In this document: piece by piece, positions 58,048 through 64,000 of the stretch | Numbering within the stretch: the stretch's first letter is position 1 | How the letters are laid out: each line of letters starts with the position of its first letter | Source of the DNA: Candidatus Latescibacterota bacterium | GTDB taxonomy: Bacteria; Latescibacterota; UBA2968; SICM01 | Direction: 5' to 3' | DNA: 64,000 nucleotides | Assembly (NCBI GenBank): GCA_965217865.1 | Contig: CBDCJO010000002.1 | Location: 1,120,001 to 1,184,000 of the forward strand | Made by a program: the position numbers and the translations under genes | The notes under the pieces: generated by a model | Database searches by the model: none | The model's input: the letters and a program-made list of their open reading frames with translations, nothing else | What the model was told of the DNA's origin: nothing

Positions 58048-58989
58048 TCAGAACCATTTTTTCCGAATGAGCCAGGTCAATGAAACGATCAACAGAATGG
58101 CAGCGACCCCGAAGACGAGTAGAAAGCTGAACCTCGCATCGTTGTTCAAACCGTAGAAGCCCGCGATGAGGCCCAAGGGCAACAGAAATCCGACCACGGC
58201 GGTTAGGTTTCGCAGCGTTTTTTTTAACCGCACGGAGGTGAGAAGGATGTAGGAATCCGTGAGACCGTTCAGCATGTCCCAGCACGCCTTTGACCTTTCC
58301 GAGATTTCAGCCATGCGGTCTAAGGCACCTCGGAAATTGATCGATTGTTCAGGGGAAATAAATCGATCGGCGTTTCGCAGCCCGTGGAGAGCATCCCGTT
58401 GTGGACCGGCCAGTCGCCGCATGGACAGGATCTCCCTTTTAAGCCTTGGGATATCCGTCAGGTCGGAGTCCGCATCGTCCTTGACAATTCCGTTCTCAAG
58501 CCGTTTCACCCGTTGGTCGAACCGCTCGACCGCAGGAGGAAAGTCCGCCATGAGGCCTTCGATGATCACCTTCAGGAGCCGCTCCGGAGATTCGAGGAGT
58601 TTTTCCGGATGATTCACGACCTTACCCCGGGTGTTGAAGACACTTGGGATATTCTGTTTGTGGAAGCTAACGAGAAAATTATCACCCAGAAATATCCCGA
58701 TCGGATGGGTCCCAAATCCCTCTTTTACGGAATCCAGTGCTTTTAGGATCAGAAAGATATAATCTCCATAGTCATCCAATTTCGGAGATGGGTCATCCCG
58801 GAGGCAATCCTCCACGGCCAGCGAATGAAAACCGAGTAAGCCGTTCAGGACACCGGTCTCCTCATCGGTTGGATCTTCCAGATCCGCCCAGAACATTCGG
58901 TCCTTTTCCATCAAGAGCTGGGGGATGTCCTTGAGGGTGGGGGTCTTCAACCGGTTTCCCTCACGCGATAATGCGAAGATGCGAATCAT
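58048..58989 (-). CDS. CorA family divalent-cation transporter with an atypical GLN signature
   Basis: FWADLEDP, FHSLAVEDC, PKLDDYGDY, LKREIL and two C-terminal TMs with LIAGFYGLN. Confidence 0.88.
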   Translation of the reverse strand: MIRIFALSREGNRLKTPTLKDIPQLLMEKDRMFWADLEDPTDEETGVLNGLLGFHSLAVEDCLRDDPSPKLDDYGDYIFLILKALDSVKEGFGTHPIGIFLGDNFLVSFHKQNIPSVFNTRGKVVNHPEKLLESPERLLKVIIEGLMADFPPAVERFDQRVKRLENGIVKDDADSDLTDIPRLKREILSMRRLAGPQRDALHGLRNADRFISPEQSINFRGALDRMAEISERSKACWDMLNGLTDSYILLTSVRLKKTLRNLTAVVGFLLPLGLIAGFYGLNNDARFSFLLVFGVAAILLIVSLTWLIRKKWF

Positions 58990-60389
58990 TCCCGAAGCCC
59001 CCCTCGTTTCCAGAGATAGATCACCATGCCGGCCAAAAGGGTAACCGAGAAAGCCAATGTCAGCGCATCGATCCAGCTTACCCCATCTGCTTCACACCCC
59101 CCCTTATATTTCTCACGCGCAAAGTTCATCCAGGATGCCATGTGTCGACTCCGAAACTCCGGGTCCTTCCAGCGGTCGGCGAGGTCGAGGGCCCCCGCCT
59201 CGGATACGGGAACAGCGGAAAGACGTCGGAGTCCCTCCTGCGTCAAACCGTTCCTGATCTCCCGCTTCGACGCCTCGACCAGTTGTGTGTGAGAGTCGAT
59301 CAGGAGAATCCCGATCATATCGTTCAACACCCTCCAACGCTTGGATCCCTTGGCGCTGTCATAGCGAAGGCCGGCCTTCCAGAGGAAAGGGTTGTCCGTA
59401 ACATTCGATAAAAGGCCCTGCCGGCCATAGAGATCGGGAATCACACAAAAACGCCTGAGTTCGAATTGAAGGGGACCCTCCGGAGCGCTCTTCTTAAGCA
59501 TCAACAGTTTCTGGCCGGCTTCGGACATGACGAACTTGATGAATTCAACGGCCACGGCCTGATGGGGAGCACCCTTCAGGATGGCGATGGCATCCGGGTT
59601 GATCGCGGTCAGTCCCTTCGGCAACACGAACCCGATTTTGTCCTCACCGGCCTCGGCGATTTGAACCGCTGCGTAGAAGTCGAGGCTCATCCCATAGGCG
59701 ACCTCGCCCACGGCGACATCCTTGGGTGTCTGACTGCTGCCTGACACAAAATTCCTCACATTGCCCGCGATCGATGTCAGGACTTCCCACCCCTTCTCCC
59801 AACCATAAGCCTGCAGGATGATCTCGTAGGCCATGTGCACCGCACCGCTGCCCCTCGGGTCCCCGGATCCCACCCAGGAGAGCAACCTGGGATCCCCCAG
59901 GTCCGCCCAGGTTTTCGGTTCCGGAAGGTCCAGGATACGGAGGACGACGCGGTTATAAAGGATCCCAAACCCAGACATCGCCGCCCCGTACCATCGGTAT
60001 TCCGGGTCATAGATGGGCAACCCCCCGATCTCCCGGCCCAGAGGGTTCAGAACGTCGTCGGGGAGTCTGTAGGGGTGAAGAAGATCGAGGTCCGCGAGTT
60101 GAAAATAGGGATCTACCCCACCCCCGAAAAAGACATCGATGCCGATCCCCCCCGGCCGTCTGCGATACTCGGATCGGATGTAGCGCAGGATGTCGCTCGT
60201 CCCCCCGATCGAGAGCCACTCCAACTCCACTTCACGTCCGGTCTGTGCCTTGTAGTGTCGCTTGAAGCCTTGTTCATACTCGTAACGAATCCCTTCCCAG
60301 TGAGGGGAGACGAGGACAAGCTTCTCTTCTGCGGGGGCGGGGGTTGAAAAAGTGAGGAAAAACAAAAAGAAACCGGAGGCGTTGAACAT
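58986..60389 (-). CDS. ABC substrate-binding protein (Fe3+/thiamine-like family) with a C-terminal TM helix
   Basis: LVLVSPH, IDVFFGGG, ILYN, PKTWADL, DPRGSG, NPDAIAILKGAP, EAGQKL; tail LTLAFSVTLLAGMVIYLWKR. Confidence 0.88.
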   Translation of the reverse strand: MFNASGFFLFFLTFSTPAPAEEKLVLVSPHWEGIRYEYEQGFKRHYKAQTGREVELEWLSIGGTSDILRYIRSEYRRRPGGIGIDVFFGGGVDPYFQLADLDLLHPYRLPDDVLNPLGREIGGLPIYDPEYRWYGAAMSGFGILYNRVVLRILDLPEPKTWADLGDPRLLSWVGSGDPRGSGAVHMAYEIILQAYGWEKGWEVLTSIAGNVRNFVSGSSQTPKDVAVGEVAYGMSLDFYAAVQIAEAGEDKIGFVLPKGLTAINPDAIAILKGAPHQAVAVEFIKFVMSEAGQKLLMLKKSAPEGPLQFELRRFCVIPDLYGRQGLLSNVTDNPFLWKAGLRYDSAKGSKRWRVLNDMIGILLIDSHTQLVEASKREIRNGLTQEGLRRLSAVPVSEAGALDLADRWKDPEFRSRHMASWMNFAREKYKGGCEADGVSWIDALTLAFSVTLLAGMVIYLWKRGGLRE

Positions 60390-60608
60390 AGTCGTATTGT
60401 AGCATGCAGGGTCTTCAAAGTCAACACGATTTATACTTCATTGGGCGATCCTTTGACCACGAAGTCATCGCTTAAAAACGAATGAATCCAACGATTCGAG
60501 ATCTTTTTCACCCAATCATCTTGAGGCATTTTGAGGGTGAATTGCCGTTATAAATAACTATAAAATCTATATATATATTCTAATTTTGGAATTGGAAAAA
60601 TTAATCTC

Positions 60609-60649
60609 TTTACAAAAGATTAAAACATACGTATGATTTAATCATACGT
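60609..60649 (+). promoter_or_regulatory. Sigma70 promoter overlapped by a TetR-type operator
   Basis: TTTACA(60609)-N17-TATGAT(60632); the perfect inverted repeat ACGTATGATT-T-AATCATACGT at 60629-60649 covers the -10 box. Confidence 0.75.
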
Positions 60650-60692
60650 TTGATTAAATTGGCCTCAATTAGCCTCTCGAGAGGTTACTCTT

Positions 60693-61343
60693 ATGAATGT
60701 TGCCCACACCCGCGAGCGTCTCCTCGACGCCGCAGAAAGCCTGTTTGCCAAGAATGGCATCAACGCCACGTCGCTCCGGGCCATCACAGCAGCCGCAGAG
60801 GCGAACCTGGCCTCCGTCCACTACCATTTCGGCTCCAAGGACGCTCTGACTCAGGCTGTCTTCGCAAGACGGCTCGATCCCCTGAACCGGGAACGTCTCC
60901 GGCTCCTCAACAGCTTAGAGGCGGCCGAATTGACGCCGCCTCCCCTCGAATCGATCATCGAAGCGTTCGTGGCCCCCGCCTTGAGCATGAGACAGGACCC
61001 CTCACGCGGCGGGGGGGACTTCTGTTTGCTCATGGGGCGAATCTATTCCGAACCGGCCGAGTTGAGGCTTTCCATCCTCGAGCATTTCGATGAGGTCTCT
61101 CGCCGCTTCACCGCCGTCCTGAGCCGGGTTCTCCCCGATCTCCCAAAACCAGAACTCCTCTGGAAATTCTTCTTTATGATCGGCAGCATGGTCATGACCC
61201 TGGTCGGGGCCGATATCATCGCCCAGAGATCGGGCGGAATCTGCGATCCAACGGACGTACAGGGGGTCCTTCGCAGACTCGTTGCATATATAGCCGCCGG
61301 GATGCGCGCATCAATCCCCGAAAACGCCGGAGGAAAACCTTGA
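60693..61343 (+). CDS. TetR/AcrR family transcriptional regulator
   Basis: TRERLLDAAESLFA..TSLRAIT..ANLASVHYHFGSKDAL helix-turn-helix. Confidence 0.95.
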   Translation: MNVAHTRERLLDAAESLFAKNGINATSLRAITAAAEANLASVHYHFGSKDALTQAVFARRLDPLNRERLRLLNSLEAAELTPPPLESIIEAFVAPALSMRQDPSRGGGDFCLLMGRIYSEPAELRLSILEHFDEVSRRFTAVLSRVLPDLPKPELLWKFFFMIGSMVMTLVGADIIAQRSGGICDPTDVQGVLRRLVAYIAAGMRASIPENAGGKP

Positions 61344-62791
61344 TCCGCCGATCTCTCATCACGTTCCTCCCCTTCGTGTTGATCACAGGTTGCGCTTCGG
61401 CCCCGAAGGTAAAGCATCCGGACCTCAGGATCGAAGTCCCTCCGGCCTGGACGGCCGGGAGCACCCCGAGTGGCCGGATGGAACCGAAATGGTGGACCCG
61501 ATTCGGAGACTCTCGCCTCGACTCGCTCGTGGCGGAGGCTCTGAATCACAACTATAACCTTCAGGCCGCGTCCGCCAGGGTTCATATGGCTGCCGCGCAC
61601 GCCCGGATCGCCGGGGGCCCTCTGGTTCCTCAGGTCGGCGCTGGCGTCTCCGCGAATCGTCGCAAACAGAACTTCATCGGCCTTCCCATCCCGGGCTCGA
61701 CAGGGGTGCTCACCTCGACGAACAACAGCTTCGGAGTCTCCCTGGACCTGTCCTGGGAGATTGACCTCTGGGGCCGGCTGGGGGCCGGAAAGACAGCTGC
61801 GTTGGGAGAGCTCCAGGCGGCAAAGGCCGATCTGTGGGGCGCGAGGCTCTCCCTTTCGGCCCAGACGGCAAAGGCCTGGTTTGCCTCTGTTGAAGCCCGC
61901 AGGCAGGTCGAACTTGCCCGGGTCACTCTGGATAACGATCAAACCAGTCTGGAACAGGTCCGTACCCGGTATGAACGGGGTCTCCGGCCGTCACTGGATC
62001 TTCGGCTGACCGTGTCCAACCTTGCGACCTCCCGAGACCTTTTAGAGCAGCGGGAGCAGCTGCTCGACCGGGCCCTGCGCCAGCTGGAGATCCTGCTCGG
62101 GCGATATCCTTCTGCAGCCCTTACCCCTGGCAAGGACCTCCCCGTGGCCCAGGAAATGGTACCATCAGATCTGCCGGCGTTCCTGGTCTCCCGCAGGCCG
62201 GACCTGGTGGCCTCGGAACGTCGTCTGGCAGCTTCACACGCCCGTATCTCATTGGCCAGGCGGGCGCTCTATCCAAGGATCAGCCTGACGGCCTCCGGGG
62301 GCACGGTAAGCGACCAGCTGGGGGATCTTCTGAACGGGGACTTCGGCGTTTGGAACCTGTTGGGAAACCTGGTGCAGCCCCTTTTCCAGGGGGGACAGCT
62401 GCGTGCGAACATAAAACTGGCTGAATCACAGGCGGATCAGGCCTTAGCACTCTTTGCGCAGGACCTTCTCCAGGCCTTTTCCGAGGTGGAGTCTGCGCTT
62501 GCGGCCGAGGGGTTTTTGGCCAGGCGCCAGGAAGCCCTGGAGACGGCTGCGGAACAGGCCCTGGCGGCACGACGCCTTGCCGAGGAGCGCTATGCCGGGG
62601 GATTGACCGACCTGATTACGATGCTGGAATCAAAGCGGCGCGCATATGACGCGGAGAGCTGGCTGATTACGGTTCGCCGGCTCCGGTTGGACGCCCGGAT
62701 CGATCTTCATCTCGCCCTGGGTGGAGGGTTCAGGAACGATCAGGAAGCCTTTTCGGCTGTCGATCCATCTGAAGGAGTGAAAACGCCATGA
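61340..62791 (+). CDS. Efflux outer-membrane factor lipoprotein (NodT/OprM-like)
   Basis: LITGC lipobox, WWTRFGD, SWEIDLWGRL, RRPDL, LHLALGGG. Confidence 0.93.
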   Translation: MIRRSLITFLPFVLITGCASAPKVKHPDLRIEVPPAWTAGSTPSGRMEPKWWTRFGDSRLDSLVAEALNHNYNLQAASARVHMAAAHARIAGGPLVPQVGAGVSANRRKQNFIGLPIPGSTGVLTSTNNSFGVSLDLSWEIDLWGRLGAGKTAALGELQAAKADLWGARLSLSAQTAKAWFASVEARRQVELARVTLDNDQTSLEQVRTRYERGLRPSLDLRLTVSNLATSRDLLEQREQLLDRALRQLEILLGRYPSAALTPGKDLPVAQEMVPSDLPAFLVSRRPDLVASERRLAASHARISLARRALYPRISLTASGGTVSDQLGDLLNGDFGVWNLLGNLVQPLFQGGQLRANIKLAESQADQALALFAQDLLQAFSEVESALAAEGFLARRQEALETAAEQALAARRLAEERYAGGLTDLITMLESKRRAYDAESWLITVRRLRLDARIDLHLALGGGFRNDQEAFSAVDPSEGVKTP

Positions 62792-63990
62792 ACATGAAGT
62801 GGAATCCAAAAGTCGTCCTGCCCATCGCTGTGTTCGCCTTCGGAGTCCTGGGGACCGTGGTATTGATAAAGGCCCGGCCGGTGGTTCCGACACGTGTGCC
62901 GGAGGTTCTCCCACCCCTGGTTCGCGCCGAGACTGTCAGGCTGCAGGGACTGCGAATGAAAGTTACCGCGCAGGGCAACGTAACCCCCCGCACCGAGAGC
63001 AACCTGGTTTCCCAGGTCGCGGGACAGGTTATCTCCGTTTCACCTGCGTTTGCGAGCGGAGGATTTTTCGAGGCTGGAGAGACCCTGGTTGAGATCGACC
63101 CTCGAGACTACAACCCGGCGCTTGCCCGTGCCCGATCTCAAGTGGCCCAGGCCGAACTGCGCCTGGCGCAGGAAAAGGAGGAGTCGGCCGTTGCCCGGCA
63201 GGAATGGGAGCGGATCGGAAATGGGAAGGCGGGTTCACTCGTACTTCGGGAACCGCAGCTTGCAGAAGCCCGGGCAGGCCTCGAAGCCGCCAGAGCGGGA
63301 GTGGAACAGGCGGAGCTCAACCTCGAGCGTACCAGGATCCGTGCGCCCTACGCAGGCCGCATCCGGACAAAGCACGCGGATGTGGGTCAGTTTGTCAACC
63401 CGGGATCCCCTGTAGCCAGGATCTATTCCGTCGATTTTGCCGAAGTCCGTCTGCCCGTACCAGACAAACAGCTGGCCTTCCTGGACCACGCGTTCGGTTT
63501 TCGGGGAGAACTTGCCGGAGTGCAGGGGCCCGAAGTCCTGCTTGCCGCAGAGTTTGCCGGTCAACGTCACACCTGGGCCGGACGCATCGTGCGTGTGGAA
63601 GGAGAGATCGATCCTCGAACCCGGATGGTCTACCTGGTTGCCCGGGTCGAAAATCCATATGCTCGGGGGAAGGACCCGAACCGCCCCCCACTGGCAGCGG
63701 GTCTGTTTGTCGAGGCGGAGATCATGGGTCGCCGGTTCGAGGGGGTTGCGGTCCTCCCCAGAACAGCCGTCAGGAGTGAAAATCGGGTCCTGGTGATCGA
63801 CGATCAGGATCGGCTTCGTTTCAGAGAGATCGAGATCATCCGGGCGGACGCAGGGGTCGTGGTGGTCCGCTCGGGTTTGGATGAAGGGGAGAGAATCTGT
63901 CTGTCTCCACTGGATGCGGTGACAGACGGCATGCGGGTCCGGATTATGGTTGAGGAGGAGACCTTGACTGGAGCAGGAGGTTCCGGATGA
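62788..63990 (+). CDS. RND efflux periplasmic adaptor subunit
   Basis: N-terminal TM, QVAGQV, coiled coil, LERTRIRAPYAGR, IDPRTR. Confidence 0.93.
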   Translation: MNMKWNPKVVLPIAVFAFGVLGTVVLIKARPVVPTRVPEVLPPLVRAETVRLQGLRMKVTAQGNVTPRTESNLVSQVAGQVISVSPAFASGGFFEAGETLVEIDPRDYNPALARARSQVAQAELRLAQEKEESAVARQEWERIGNGKAGSLVLREPQLAEARAGLEAARAGVEQAELNLERTRIRAPYAGRIRTKHADVGQFVNPGSPVARIYSVDFAEVRLPVPDKQLAFLDHAFGFRGELAGVQGPEVLLAAEFAGQRHTWAGRIVRVEGEIDPRTRMVYLVARVENPYARGKDPNRPPLAAGLFVEAEIMGRRFEGVAVLPRTAVRSENRVLVIDDQDRLRFREIEIIRADAGVVVVRSGLDEGERICLSPLDAVTDGMRVRIMVEEETLTGAGGSG

Positions 63991-64000
63991 AGGGTGCCGT
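63987..64000 (+). CDS. Probable start of the RND permease (truncated by the window edge)
   Basis: ATGA overlap with the adaptor stop and an AGGAGG RBS; only MKGA is readable, so identity comes from operon order. Confidence 0.5.

Overview
GC-rich bacterial chromosomal window. The gene content (GWxTD protein, DUF6785 membrane protein, many uncharacterised glycoside-hydrolase-like enzymes, sulfatase, PhyH dioxygenases) suggests an uncultured lineage such as Ca. Latescibacterota; this is inference only. Positions 1-34.2 kb are a largely minus-strand catabolic region: four GHL10/DUF187-like TIM-barrel proteins (one split by frameshifts), BNR/sialidase-like propellers, sulfatase, amidohydrolase, oxidoreductases, and Nramp-like and DUF6785 transporters. 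Positions 34.5-53.6 kb hold a nitrilase, a GWxTD/TPR protein, a glycosylation block, PhyH dioxygenases, an aldolase, selA and a degQ-DedA-MMPL-uppP block behind a sigmaE-like promoter. Positions 54-64 kb hold two radical SAM genes, an ABC binding protein/CorA/ATPase block with no permease, and a TetR-RND efflux operon. The intergenic DNA is the most striking part: a strand-polarised mosaic of 7-nt repeat modules, REP-like hairpins nested inside one another, and two miniature transposase remnants (IS630-like and IS200/RAYT-like) in which the gene's two ends are joined. No CRISPR array, rRNA or tRNA was recognised. All family calls are by motif recognition without database searches.
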